Below are positions 16,172 through 29,627 of a DNA stretch of 64,000 nt, piece by piece. Within the stretch, counting starts at the first letter, position 1, and every line of letters starts with the position of its first letter. The translations under genes and the position numbers were made by a program. Source of the DNA: Eledone cirrhosa (Eukaryota); assembly GCA_964016885.1 (NCBI GenBank), contig OZ024741.1:275342001-275406000 (forward strand), given 5' to 3'. Below the pieces are notes generated by a model that saw only the letters and a list, made by a program, of their open reading frames with translations, did no database searches and was not told the origin of the DNA.

Positions 16172-16370
16172 AGGGCGGTGGATTGGCAGTATCAGTAGAG
16201 GGTCGGACGCCATGCTTTGAAGTATAGAGTTACGTCCCTTTACGATCTAAGTTCAAATGCCGCTGAGGTTGACTTTGCCTTTCATCCTTACGGGGTCGAT
16301 AAAATAAAGTACCAGTAATGCACTGGGTAATTGCTGGCCTTGTGCCTAAAGTAGAAACAATTATTATTAT
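16172..16370 (+). mobile_element. tRNA-derived SINE (representative of roughly 25 or more full or partial copies on both strands)
   Basis: GGGCGGTGG start, A-box-like TGGCAGTATCGG consensus, B-box GTTCAAAT, central GCCTTTCATCCTTACGGGGTCGATAAAATAAAGTACC (resembles the MetaSINE core) and (ATT)n tail. Other copies near 6095, 15600, 17057, 25176, 26606, 27313, 27972, 28473, 35289, 35487, 38662 and 63207. Confidence 0.9.
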
Positions 16371-16444
16371 TATGAGGGTGGTGGATTGACAGAATCGGTA
16401 GAGTGTCGCACATGCTTTGCAGCATATGGTTTACGGCCCTTTAT

Positions 16445-16890
16445 TAAAGCTCCGACATCTGGCAACTGACTTGGTAGACTCTCACAAGATTATTAACCAT
16501 CTTTCCAATAACAACCCTGAGCACCTTTTTCAATTCCATGTGTCTAGCACATGTGGACATGCTTACAAAATCAGAAAACTGTACAGCTCCCATGACTTTT
16601 GGAAACATTTTTTCTAACTCAGAGTTGCTGAAGCATGGAACAAACTACCTGCATCAGTTGTTGGCTGCTGGGACACTGCATCCTTTAAAACCTCCATGCT
16701 TCCCCAAATTTGCCAACACTACATCTCATATTCCCTCTCCATACACACAAAGTCATCTGTGTATGTATCATGACTCATACACTGTTCACTTTCCTGACAT
16801 TTGTACATCATTCTATGTACTATACATGCACCTTTGGTGAGCTGTAGTGCACCTGAGCACTGTACATAATAATTTTCATTATCATTATTC
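16445..16890 (+). mobile_element. CR1-type LINE 3' end inserted into a SINE; related 3'UTR copy at ~58225-58430 (-)
   Basis: Remnant LRHLATDL...CGHAYKIRK...KHFF / LRVAEAWNKLPASVV matches the CR1 ORF2 C-terminus; ATT-rich tail follows. Confidence 0.75.
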
Positions 16891-17509
16891 CATTAATGCA
16901 CTGGGGTCGATTTAATCAACTTTCCCCTTCTCCAAAGTGTTGTCCTTTTGCCTAAATCAGAAACCGTTGGGGTCGATAAAATAAAGCACCAGCAATGCAC
17001 TGGGGTAATTGCTGGCCTTGTGCCTAAAGTAGAAACAATTATTACGAATGTGGGTAGGGCGGTGGATTGGCAGAATCGGTAGAGCGTCGGAATGCTTTGT
17101 GGCATAGAGTTACGTCCCTTTATGGTATGTGTTCAAATCCTGCGAAGATTACTTTTGCTTTTCATCCTTAAAGAGTTAAAATAAAGTACCAGTAATGCAC
17201 TGGAGTCAGTTTAAGCGATTTTCCCCTCCTTAAAATTTGTTTGGCCTTGAGCCTAAATCAGAAGCCATTAATATTATCAATATTATTATTATTTAACCCC
17301 AGGATGACAGTAGATGGGTTGAACCATTAGAACACTGAACCTAATGCTTTACCATAATTATTCTGGCTCTTTGTATTTTGAGGTCAAATCCCACTAAGCT
17401 GATATGCAAATCTAGAACTGGAAACAGCATTTCTCTTATTTTCATTGTCTGAGGAATCAAAAGAAGAAACTCCTGTTAATTGTGATGAACTTATACTAAT
17501 CAGTATGAA

Positions 17510-18590
17510 TGTGTGGACCTGTAACTCTTGATGGGGTCACAGGAGGTACCATTATACTATACAGTGTGTGTATGGACTCGTAGGGAGCTCTGTCATAACA
17601 TACAGCGTGTATATAGACCTATAACTCATGGGGGTACCGTCGTACTATACGTATGGACCCGTAGGGGGCTCCGTCATAACATATCGTGTGTATAGACCTG
17701 GAATTCCCGATGGAGTTTAGGGGCACCGTCATAATATACAGTGTGTGTATGGACAACTCTTGAAGCAGTCACAGGGGTCACTGTCATATTATACAGCGTG
17801 TGTATGGTACTGTAACTCCTGATGAAGTTGTAAGGACACTGTCATATTATATAGTGTGTGTATGAACTCATGACTCCTGTGGAGTTATAGGGGACACCGT
17901 CATAACACAGTGTGTGTGTGTGTGTGAGCCTGTAACTTCTGATGGAGTCGTAGGGGCCACCGTCATAACACAGTGTGTGTGTGTACCCATAACTCCTGAT
18001 GGAGTCGTAGGGGCCACCGTCATTACAGTGTGTGTGTGAGCCTGTGACTCCTGATGGAGTCATAGGGGCCACCGTCATAACACTGTGTGTGTGTGTACCC
18101 ATAACTTCTGATGGAGTCATAGGGGCCACCGTCATTGCAGTGTGTGTGTGTGAGCCTGTGACTCCTGATGGAGTCGTAGGGGCCACCGTCATTGCAGTGT
18201 GTGTGAGAACCCATAACTCCTGATGGAGTGGTAGGGGCCACCGTCATTACAGTGTGTGTGAGAACCCATAACTCCTGATGGAGTGGTAGGGGCCACCGTC
18301 ATTGCAGTGTGTGTGAGAACCCATACCTCCTGATGGAGTGGTAGGGGCCACCGTCATTGCAGTGTGTATGTGAACCCATAACTCCTGATGGAGTGGTAGG
18401 GGCCACCGTCATAACACTGTGTGTGTGAGCCTGTGACTCCTGATGGAGTGGTAGGGGCCACCGTCATAACACAGTGTGTGTGAGAACCCATACCTCCTGA
18501 TGGAGTGGTAGGGGCCACCGTCATACTATACATGTGTATGGACTCGTAACTGATGAGGGAGTAGTATAAAGTGACAGTCATAACACTGTG
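17510..18590. repeat. ~59-62-bp minisatellite (actcctgatggagtcgtaggggccaccgtcat core)
   Basis: Tandem units, diverged on the left and homogeneous at 17930-18525. Confidence 0.92.
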
Positions 18591-19480
18591 TGTGTCTTGA
18601 GTATTCAAAATCTGGAGGATCCCATCCCCTCTCTAGGTCCTAACACAAATGATTTCATCCAGAGAAAGACAAAAGGGTGAAAGAGATGAAGTAAGGAAAA
18701 TATATAAAGGAAGAATCGACCCCAGTATAAGAATGGTAGATTTTTTATCGACCCCGAAAGGATGAAAGGTAAATTTGAACCCAATGAACTCCAGCCAATA
18801 CCATAAAACCTTCTATCTGACATTTTAACAACTCTGCCAATATACCAACATGTACTTTACAGTATATATATGAAATATTTCACTTCATTTTCTACAGCAG
18901 AGGTTCTCAAAGTGGTCGTTATGAGGTCTGCCTCTTTGATCATGTAGTTCCCAGCACTATATTTTTATCTAGAGTCATAATAATTTATATAAATGGTTTA
19001 ATGATCCAGCCACCATAGTGTTTCTCACCCTTGATAATCAAAGACAGATCATACATCTGAAGAAGTTACTTTTTTCACTCTTTGACGATAGCTTTTCTGA
19101 CTTTAACAGAAAATGCTCCTAGTCCAGATAGTGCCCCCTTTCAAGTGGGGCCCATGGCACGTTCCATGCTTGCCATACCCTACATACACCTCTGCTCACA
19201 AACTTGGGTTGATTTGTGGCTACAGTAAAGATATTTGCACACGATGTCATGTCGTGTGAGAGACAATAACGAAATATACTACAAAAATAAATAATCTATA
19301 TGACATTCTGAGTTCTCTTTGAATTATTTATACACTTACCCACATGTATGACTGCGGGTGTTGTTTTTGTGGGTGTATATTATGTTGTGGATGTATGTAT
19401 ATTAACGGCTGAGAGAACAGAGTACTCAATACCGAAGTAGAGTTTTAATATTCACTTTATTAAGACTAAATAGTGAGTCT

Positions 19481-19529
19481 TGTTACTCTAGACTAGAGTT
19501 TCGCCTGTTTATCACAGGGTCATCATACA
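19481..19529 (-). ncRNA. Hammerhead-ribozyme-like fold with C3A core change
   Basis: Minus strand: tgt ATGATGA c-cctgt-gataa-acagg-c GAA ACTCTAG-T-CTAGAGT A aca. Palindromic stem III, GUA site, 3-bp stem I. Confidence 0.55.
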
Positions 19530-19604
19530 GACCCTGTGATAAACAGGCGAAAATCTAAAGTAATAAGACTCACTGTTTAGTCGTAATGAAATGTGTGTGT
19601 GAGA

Positions 19605-19680
<76 letters not shown>

Positions 19681-19689
19681 TAATGCACC

Positions 19690-21017
19690 AGTTATGAAAG
19701 TGACAGAAATCGTTATAATAGTGCAGCTAATTAGAGAAAGAGTTAAATGAGATGAGATGCAGGTTGGTTTCATGCCTGGGAAAACTACTTCAGATGCCTT
19801 CTTCTTAGTGAGGCAACTACAAGAAAAGTTACTAGTCAAGAATAAGCCGCTATATTTAGCTTTTGTTGATCCAGAGAAGGCTTTTAACAGAGTACCTTGA
19901 TCTATTATCTGATGGTCCTTAAGGAAATTAAGTGTAGAAGAATGGCTTTGATAGCAGTGCAAGCCGTACAGAGGAGCTGTCAGTAATGTGAGAGTAGGAA
20001 GTGAAATTAGTGAGGAATTCAAGTCCATCAGAGTTCGGTTATTAACCCTCTACTATTCATCATAGTTCTCCAGGCCATAACAGAGGAGTTTAAGACTGGC
20101 TGTTAATGGGAACTTCTTTATGTGGATGATCTGGTCTTTATAGCTGAATCCATAAAAGAAGTAGAGAATAATTTCCGACTATGGAAACAGAATTTACAAT
20201 CAAAAGGTCTGAGAGCAAATTTAGCCAAAACTAAAGAGCTAGTAAGTAGGAAAGAAGATAGGACACCGATTCCTTGGGGGAAGTGGCCCTGCTCAGTATG
20301 TAGAAAAAGAGTAGGCATAAACTCTATACATTGTAAATCTTGGGTACACAAGAGGTGTAGTGGGATAACAGGCAGACTAACAGGAAGAGAAGACTTTGTA
20401 TGTAATAGATGCACAGGAGTAATCAATGGGAAGAGTGTCAGTGATATAAACCTTTTCCAATCACATGAAGGATCTGTAAAAGTGGTTGATAGCTTCTACT
20501 ACCTAGGTGATCTAATTAGTGAAAGAGAATGCTCTGACAGCATAATAGCTAGAATGAGGATAAGATGGAAGAAGTTTAGAGATCTACTCCCACGTACAAA
20601 AGGATAACTATATGACACTTGTGTGTGAAGTGCGATGCTGTATGGTAGTGCAACCTGGGCTGTGACTGCAGAGGACATGCGTAGACTGGAGGAAAATGAA
20701 ACAACCATACTTCGTTGGATGTTCAATGTAAATGTGAGAGAAAAGCAGGGTTTGGATGGACTGAGGGAGCAACTGGGCTTAAGACCGAACTGGTGTGCAA
20801 GGATAATGATCGCTGGGTGAGAAGTGCCAGTAAATCCCAGTGATAGAAAGCCCCAGTAGAGGTTGACCAAGGGCAGAGGTGAAAATTGACCTCAAATTGT
20901 TGAGACTCGCGGAAAAGATGATGAAGGGCTGAAATAAGTGGAGAGATGCTGTGTTGAGAAAGACCCATCCAATCTATGCAAGCGTGGAAAAATGGGAGTA
21001 AAATCGACGATGATGAT
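19690..21017 (+). mobile_element. 5'-truncated, degenerate RTE-clade LINE (RT to 3' tail)
   Basis: QVGFMPGKTTSDAFFLVRQLQEK, LAFVDPEKAFNRVP, LLYVDDLV, the Cys-rich WPCSVCRK...HKRCSG insert, YLGD and (GAT)n tail, with stops and frameshifts. Confidence 0.9.
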
Positions 21018-21157
21018 GCTATATTCTTTGCTTCTCAAAGAGAGATTTATTCCACATGGTCAGACAGGACACACGCACGCGCGCGCGTGTGTATGACTCA
21101 AGGTATATGTGTGTTTTCTTAGAAAATGTTTTATACACACAAAAATATTTATATATA

Positions 21158-21256
21158 CAGGGTGTCCCCAAAAATGTATACACACTTCAATAGTATTCTA
21201 ATGAATATTGCCTGTACAGGTAATCAGAGTGTGTATACATTTTTATGGACACCCTG
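21158..21256. mobile_element. ~100-bp Tc1/mariner-type MITE
   Basis: TA-CAGGGTGTCC...GGACACCCTG-TA with ~28-bp imperfect TIRs. Confidence 0.8.
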
Positions 21257-21496
21257 TATATATATATATATATATATATACATTTGTATGGATACCCTGT
21301 ATATATATATGTATACATACATACATATATGTATACAGACGTACAGTAGTATGTATATATACATACATATATATATGTACGTATGGATTCACCGAACATT
21401 TATTATAATGCTCGGTTTGTTTGTAAACAAACATCCCGAATTAAGCCGTAGTGTCTAGCAACCATCGTTGCTCGTTTGTTCAACACTGACAAAGGA

Positions 21497-21539
21497 ACGC
21501 TGTACTAGTTTCAAGCTTATTAGCTATCGTCAGCAACGT
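21497..21539 (-). ncRNA. Minimal type-I hammerhead ribozyme
   Basis: Minus strand: acgttg CTGACGA t-agct-aata-agct-t GAA ACTAGT A cagcgt. 6-bp stem I (one G-U), intact core, palindromic stem III ACUAGU, GUA site. Confidence 0.75.
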
Positions 21540-21975
21540 ATAGCTTCCTGCCAGATGATTGAACGTCTGAAAGTATATACTTACCTTATGCATATTAACG
21601 GCTGAGCAGCCTAATTTGCATATCGAGTGAGTTAATCGGCCGGGGTACCGAAAACGATAAACGGAAAAAATGAAACGAATTTATTATAATAAATGTTCGG
21701 TGAATCCATACGTACATATATATATATGTGTGCATGTATGTATATATATATACATACTACTGTACGCCTGTATACATATAAGTATGTACGTATACATACT
21801 TATATTTAAGTAACAGCCGTACTAAGAGTGAGAAATGAAATTTCGTTTCATTTTTTCCGTTTATATATATATATATATGTATATGTATGTAAAAGGTAAA
21901 CAAAAATAACAACACAATCGGTACAGTATATGGAAGGTATATATTAGGTTAACGCTTGATATAGCAGGAAGAGGG

Positions 21976-22011
21976 TCTTAACGTTTCGGGCGCTAGTCCT
22001 TCATCAGAAGA
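21976..22011 (-). ncRNA. Minimal type-I hammerhead ribozyme in the putative pseudo-LTR downstream of the Penelope-like ORF
   Basis: Minus strand: tctt CTGATGA aggactagcgccc GAA ACGT T aaga. 4-bp stem I, ACGU palindromic stem III, GUU site; ~410 nt 3' of the PLE stop on the same strand. Confidence 0.7.
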
Positions 22012-22182
22012 AAGAACGAAAAATAAAATAGGTCCATTCATGTTGACATCTCTTGCAAAACTGTTGGTGCTGGCGTTTTGTGTATGATTTTTATTTTAGA
22101 AAAGTGGATGATGGAGCGCGTCTACCTGAAATGGAAAAAAAAACGTTTTGTAAAAAGAGCTATACTTGAGCACGTGCTTAAG

Positions 22183-22243
<61 letters not shown>

Positions 22244-22423
22244 AGCTAAGAAGAAATGTGTGTGTATATGTGAGTAAAAGAGTGTGTGTGCATGTAAGTA
22301 CGAAGCTATGAGCAAAAGTATGTTAATATAAGGGTATGTATCGGCATGTATTAGTTGTAAGAGAAGCTGCTAATGATCAAGAGAAAGCGATAGGAATCTA
22401 GGAGTGTGATAATGGACGGGGTA

Positions 22424-24610
22424 TTAGAGAAATTGGGGAGGTGAGTTGAGTCCAAGAGGGGAATAGGACCCAAGACGGTGAATCAGACTTTGTTCAGTCC
22501 TGGTGCGCGAGGCCTGTGGTCCATGATGTAAAAGGACACCCAAGACTGAAACATGTAGGGAATAATGACTAGGAGAACAGGAATATCCAAACCGAGTCGT
22601 ATGTCCCTCAAATGTTCGGCAAAACAGTCCGCCATACGGATTCCCGTTTGTCCGATATATAAAGACTCGCAAAGGGAACACCGGAGGGCATAGACAACGT
22701 GGGTGGATGTGCAGGTGAAGGAATGGCGGATACGGAAAGACCCGTTAGGGCCTGTAAGAGAGGTAAGGGTGGAAATAAAGGGACAAGTGTTGCAGTGGGA
22801 ACGGGAACAAGGATGAGAGCCAGGTGGAGTCGTGGGAGAGGACGAAAAAGAACTGCGAACCAGGAGGTCGCGGAGGTTTCGGGCGCGCTTAAAAGCAGTG
22901 ATGGGTGGGTTTGGAAAAAAGCGAGAAGTGATGGGGTCAGAAGAGAGGATATGGAAGGAACGGAGGATATGTCGCCGGAGTGGTAGAGTGATGGGGTGGT
23001 AGGTGAGAGGGAAAGGAACACGGGTGTTGGGCGGCCGGGGTGAGGTGAGAGGGCTGTGGTGCGGTCTGTTTCACGGGCGCGGGTGAGAGTAGCTTGGATC
23101 AAGGTGGGGGGATATCCACGCTGGATGAAGCAGGAAGCCATACGAAGGGAATGGGTTTCGAAATTGTCATCCTGGCTACAGGAGTCGACAAAGACGGAGA
23201 AATTGGGAATAGGCTATGGAGTGTTTGGTGTGGGTTGGATGGGAGGAGGTGAAGTCGAGATAAGATTGGGAGTCTGTTGGTTTAATGTAGACGGAAGTAG
23301 AGAGAGTGTGGTGAGAGTGATTAATAGATAGAGAGATATCTAGAAAAGCGACAGAAGAATCGGAGACGGAGGCGGTGAAATTGAGAGCAGGATGGAAAGA
23401 TTGGACAAAAGAAAGAAAACAGTCGAGCTGTTCTCGTGATAGAGAGGTGGCGCCGATACAGTCGTCGATATAACGACTGTATAGCTCAGGAGTCGGTCCA
23501 GCGTACTGGGAGAAGATCTGGGCTTCGACGTAGCTAACAAACAAGTTGGCATAGTTTGGACCCATTCTGGTTCCCATCGCTACCCTAGAGACCTGCTGGT
23601 AAAATTCATCCGAAAAAGAAAATCCATTAAGGGTGAGAACAAGCTCAGTCAGACGGAGAAGAGTGGTAGTGCTGGGGTAAGGGGTAGGGCGTAAATCTAA
23701 AAAATACTGGAGAGCGCGGAGGCCGTCATCATGAGGGATGACGGTATAGAGAGGTGATGCCCAGGGTAAAGAGAAGGCGGGAGGGACCAGGAGGGAAGGA
23801 GACAGAGTTGAAAAGTCTAAGGGCATGATTTGTATCGTGGATGTGGGAGGGGAGATTGCCGACCAACGGGGCGAGGATAGTGTCTAAATATTCAGAAATT
23901 ATCTCAGTGGGGCAGTTGCACGCAGAAACAATAGGACGGCTAGGATTATTTTGTCTGTGTATTTTGGGGAGGAAGTAGATGGTGGGTGTGCGAGGGGTGC
24001 GTACAATAAGGTTGGTAGCTGTGGGGGGTAGATGAGAGGAGGAGATGAGCTCGTGGATGGTGGAGGACACGAGTTGTTGGTAGCCAGGAGTGGGGTCGGA
24101 GGATAAAGGGCGGTAAAAAATGTTATTGTGAAGCTGGCGGAGAGCCTCAGCCCTATAGAGGTCAGCGCTCCAAACCACCACAGCGCCACCTTTGTCAGCG
24201 GGTTTGATGACAATGTCATCGCGACACCGAAGGTTGCGAAGAGCGGAGAGCTCACCCGCGTGATGTTAGAGCGACGAGAATGCTGCGCCGGCAAGTATCG
24301 ACAAAGGAGTCGAGGGTGCTGAACTGACCAGAGCTCGGCGTCCAATGTGATTGTCGGCGACTGAGACGAGTGAAGTCATCTGTCTGTGTCGATGATGGCG
24401 TGTCGTGAAAAAAAAGCTTTCATATTTAATCGACGGAAGAACCCTTCAATCTCGGCATGTGTGCGGAACTCGTCGCAGGTAGATGTGGTTGGTATAAAAC
24501 GCAAACCACGGGCGAGGAGGGAGCGCTCAGCTTCAGAGAGTGGTAGGTCCTGGGGTATAGATGATTGCCTCCAAGAATAGTGACCGCTAGGAGATGGTTC
24601 ATCTTCCACT
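22424..24610 (-). mobile_element. Penelope-like retroelement (Neptune-type), RT + GIY-YIG endonuclease, frameshifted
   Basis: LSEAERSLLARGLRFIPT; IKPADKGGAVVVW; YFLPKIH..RPIVS; MGTRMGPNYANLF; RYIDD; FLDI; Cys-rich linker (CSRSHCNTC); VYALRCSLCESLYIGQTG GIY-YIG motif; ends LGSYSPLGLN. Confidence 0.92.
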
Positions 24611-26036
24611 TGTCTGTAAAGAGTGTGCTATTGCATAGACGTGGCTGGTCCAAGTTTCTCAAAAGGATGATGGGAGTTCCAGTTTTTTATATTATGTATA
24701 GATATAGATAATTATATATAGAGTTTCTACTTTTGTCAGAAGGCCAGCGATTACCCCAGTGCACCACTGGTACTTTATTTTATCGACCTCGTAAGGATGA
24801 AATGCAAAGTTAACCTCGGCGGATTTGAACTCAGAACGCTATAATTATATATAGATAATTAAATATAGATGTAGATAATTATATATAGATAATTAAATAT
24901 AGATATAAGTAATTATATATAAATGTGTGTGAATGTGTTTGTGTGTGAGTGCGCGAAACACGATCATCACCGACAACGAACGCGCAGAGAGAATGCCTTA
25001 TGGTTGATTCCCAACCTGCTAGAAATAACAGTCAACTTGGTTAGCATACCCGGCATGTTTTTCTTTTTTGGTTTTATAAAATTAGTATCAATAAACCTTC
25101 CTCGGTATACCCTTATTACATTGCTGTACTTACTTTTCAGTTGTTAGTTTTTGTTTTTGTGTGATGAGCAAAGGAAGTGGATTGGCAGTATCGGTAGGGG
25201 GTCGGACGCCATGCTTTGACGTATTGAGTTACGGCCCTTGCCATTCTGAGTTCAAATCCCGCCGAGGTTAACTTTGCCTTTCATCCTTACGGGGTCGATA
25301 AAATAAAGTACCAGTAATACACTGGGTAATTGCTGGCCTTGTGCCAAAAGTAGAAACAATTGTTATATAATAAGCCCAAGAAAAGAAAATATATAAGGGA
25401 GATAACTCACATATGCATTAAAACGGAGTTATCGCTCATGAATTTCTTTTGAAACATTAAACTCGTCAAATCTTGTAAGGAATTAGCTGAAAACGTCTAA
25501 AAAACGGGTTTGTTCATTCCAGTACTTTGGTATTTCACTAGTTGAGAGGCCGTTGTAAGAATTTGCAGTATTAAAGCAAAGAATTTAATTTTTAATATAC
25601 TTCAGTCACAGAGCTGTTTTGTATTTCAAGAATCTTAACCAACCGCCTCATTTTTATTTTGGTCGCCGTCGAGAACCCGAGTGTCCTTGACCCCCACACC
25701 CTCAATTCCCTCCGTAAGATTGGGGATTGGGAGGAATTCGTCCTGACCTTGGAAGAAGCTCCCTCCTCCCATGGAAATATGGCTGATGCAGTGAGTGTCA
25801 CTGGCAGTTTTTTGTGACTGCGTAAATGTATAAATAAATTTACACATTTTTAGTATATAGACTTGTAAACATGACAAATATACGATAAAATAAAGTACCA
25901 GTTAACTACTTGGGTATCGATTTAATCGACTCCTCCCCCCCCCCCTCCTCTCAAAATTACTGGCTTGTTGTGACAAACTCCTCGCTGTTTTATTTTATAT
26001 CATATTTAATTTGGTCTGCTTTTTAGAGTATATTTG

Positions 26037-26135
<99 letters not shown>

Positions 26136-27791
26136 GCGCGCGTGTGTGTGTGAATAAGGGTTTGCGTGTGCGTGCGTCTATGTGTGCATGTGTGGATGTG
26201 TGTGCCTGTATGTGCGCGCGTGTCTATGTGTGTGTATCTATGTGAGTGTATGTGTGTGTAGGTAGTAATATAGGCTGTCGTACAGATAGATAATATTGAT
26301 TTTTAATTTAGGCACAAGGTCAGCAATTTGTGGGGAGGGGAAATCAATTAAATCGATTCCAGTGCATTACTGGTACTTTATTTTATCGACCCCGTAAGGA
26401 TGAAAGGCAAAGTCAACCTTGGCGGGATTTGAACTCAGAAAGCAAAGGGCCGTAACTCTATGCCACAAAGCATGTTGTCCGACGCTCTACCGATACTGCC
26501 AGTGACTGCAGAGTGTCTGTTACAATTGTGAAATTGGGTTGGGGGGGGGGGGGGCTTAGGTACATATACTCTATGTGTATTATTATTGTTATTAGCTCGC
26601 GCTTAGGGCGGTGGATTGGCAGCATCGGTGGAGCATCGGACAACTTGCTTTATGGCATCAAGTTACGGTCCTTTACGATCTGAGTTCAAATCCTGTAGAG
26701 ATTAACTTGGCCTTCCATCCTTGCAGAGTCGATAAAATAAAGCACCAGTAATGCTTCTGGGGTGAGTTTCATCGACTTTCCCTTCTCTCTAAATTGCTGG
26801 CCTTGTGCCAAAAGTAGAAACAATTATTATTAGCTCACGCTAGGGTGGTGGATTGGCAGTATCGGTGGAGCGACATAGAGTTACGGTCTTTTACGATCTG
26901 AGTTCAAATATTGTCATGGTTAGCTTTGCCTTTCATCATTACGTGGTCAATAAAATAAAGTACCAGTAATGCACTGGGTCGATTTCATTGACTTAATTAG
27001 AAACTTGATCATACTAACATATTTAGAGTTAATAGAAAATCAGTGTAGTAAAAACTAAAGCATAAGTATATTGAAACAAATTATTGGCTTGGCTTGGACT
27101 GCAATGTACGCCAAACGATGTGTCAGTTCACCTGTCGCTGGACCCGGCTGTTACACGGAGATTTGAGCTCTCCTATACAATATTAGCTTATTGTCTCTGT
27201 CTGGTTGGACCTCAGTCGGTTCCGAGAGGAATGTTCTATTTGTATGAACAACGAAACGGCCAACTTGTGAAATTAAAATTCAAGTATGTAGCGGTAATTT
27301 TTTTTTATTAATTAGCAGTATCGGTAGAGAGTAGGAATGCTTTCCAGCGTAGTTATGTCCCTTTACGATCTGAGTTCAAATCCCGCCGGGGTTAACTTTG
27401 CCTTTCATCCTTACGGGGTCGATAAAATAAAGAACCAATAATGTACTGGGTAATTGCTGGCCTTGTGCCAAAAGTAGAAACAATTATTACACGCAACACC
27501 GAGACGGGTGTTATGGATTTTCCGAGGAGTCATGTGATGCCCGTGAGAGTGCCTGGTTGTTTCAACGCCTTAGCCTCGCCATCACCCGCAGTAATGCTGC
27601 GAGCACGTTGGCTTGCCTAAAAAAATTCCGTTGACTCTTGTGGTGTGTGACTGATTGGTGGTGAATTGATGGTCGTTTTTGTTTGTATTTTTTTCTCGCA
27701 TTCATCATATATTTTGGTGTATAATATTTGAGAGGTTCCTAGCAATAACGGGGAAACGCCTTCTCCATTTTGTCCGCCGGGGCCCCATTGC

Positions 27792-27873
27792 GTATTTAAC
27801 TAATGTATTGCTACGCAATGGGGCCCACCCCATTGGGTGGGCCCCATTGCGTAGCAATACATTAGTTAAATAC
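27792..27873. repeat. Perfect 39-bp-arm inverted repeat with 4-nt spacer
   Basis: gtatttaactaatgtattgctacgcaatggggcccaccc-catt-gggtgggccccattgcgtagcaatacattagttaaatac. Confidence 0.95.
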
Positions 27874-28656
27874 CATTCTTTCATCTACTAAAGGGTTAAG
27901 GTATTGTTTTCAAAATAAAAATAAAAGTAATCAATGCATATAAAAAAAAAAATTTATTGTATTTATTATATGGGTTGGCAGTATCGGTAGAAGGTCGGAC
28001 GCCATGCTTTGCAGCATAGAGTTACGCCCCTTTATAGTCTGAGTTCAAATCCCGCCGAGGTTCACTTTGCCTTTTATCCTTACGGGGTCGATTAAATAAA
28101 GTACCAGTGATGTACTGGTATAATTGCTGGCCTTGTGCCAAAAATAGAAACAATTATATGTATTTACACTCATGTTTATATTTTCACTCTGTAATAACTA
28201 TATCTTCTACTCTGGCAGCAGTTCGTTTGTCCACCCCTTTCGCCTTCCTTTTGTTGTATGTAGTCCTAGATATATGTATTACCTGCTTGTGTGTTGTTGT
28301 TTTTTGTTGTTTTTATTTTTTTTTTCTCTTACCTTTTTCTTTTTTAATTATTTGTAATGTTATTTTACATACAAAATAAAGTTTCATTATATATATATAT
28401 ATAATATATATATTTTTTTTCCACATAATTTTTCAATAATGCCACTTTTCATCAAAGTGGCATTATTGAAAAGGGCGGTGGATTGGCAGTATCGGTAGAG
28501 AGTCGGATGCCATGCTTTCCAGCATAGTTACGTCCCTTTGCGGTCTGAGTTCAAATCCCGCCGAGGTTAACTTTGCCTTTCATCCTTACGGGGTCGATAA
28601 AATAAAGTACCAGTAATGTACTGGGTAATTGATGGCCTTGTGCCAAAAGTAGAAAC

Positions 28657-28722
<66 letters not shown>

Positions 28723-28735
28723 AGAGAGAGAGAGG

Positions 28736-28787
<52 letters not shown>

Positions 28788-29083
28788 AAAGGTGAGATCG
28801 GAAATAGCATTGAAAATATATTTAAGGGTCTGTTTTTCTTTTTTTTCCACATAATTTTTCAATAATGCCACTTTTCATCAAAGTGGCATTATTGAAAAAA
28901 TGAGAGGGACAATTCTTTAAAAAAAAAGAGTTTTATAATGTATATAAAGTATTAGCGGTTTCGATGTATTAGTAAAATTCATCTTATCAAATGGTATTAC
29001 AATTAAAAAGAATTATTAAGGATTAAAAACTAAAAATTAAAGATTTAAAATTAAGTTTTTTCATCTTCCTTGTTGAGAAGGAA

Positions 29084-29115
<32 letters not shown>

Positions 29116-29595
29116 AACGGCGATTGCCCAATATAGGTTTGTTATTTTTATTGATTTATTAATTTAAATCGAGACAGGCAAACCATATTGTTTTAAATTA
29201 GTATTTTTCAACCTAGCTAACTTGGTCATTAACAATTGGAACACATGTATACTTGTATCTGTGTTCATCCCTCTCATATATTCAATTGTATTACGCGGCT
29301 CGGAAAGATTCCCTTCTTTGAGCTATTAAATTGCAAAAGACTATTTTGAGTTTCTAACTCAATATATGATATATATATATATATATTTAATGTAGAAAGG
29401 CTTCTACATGACTGGAACTGTTTCATTCCGGAGAAATCATCAGGAAGCGATGAAATCATCAGGTTTCCTGATGATTTCTCCGGAATGAAACAGTTCTAGT
29501 CCTGTAGAAGTCTTTCTACGTTAAATATTTATACTCTGTTTTGTATTGAGTACCTTACTTACTGTGGTTACCCCCGATTGAACCCGGGATAAACT

Positions 29596-29627
<32 letters not shown>

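Noticed and set aside
16172-16270. tRNA-like A and B boxes
   Set aside because: Head of a multi-copy SINE with extended box spacing and a SINE body; no cloverleaf supported.
17842-18608. Repetitive ORFs (MTVAPTTPSGV / CNDGGPYDSIRS)
   Set aside because: Minisatellite units of variable length that do not preserve frame.
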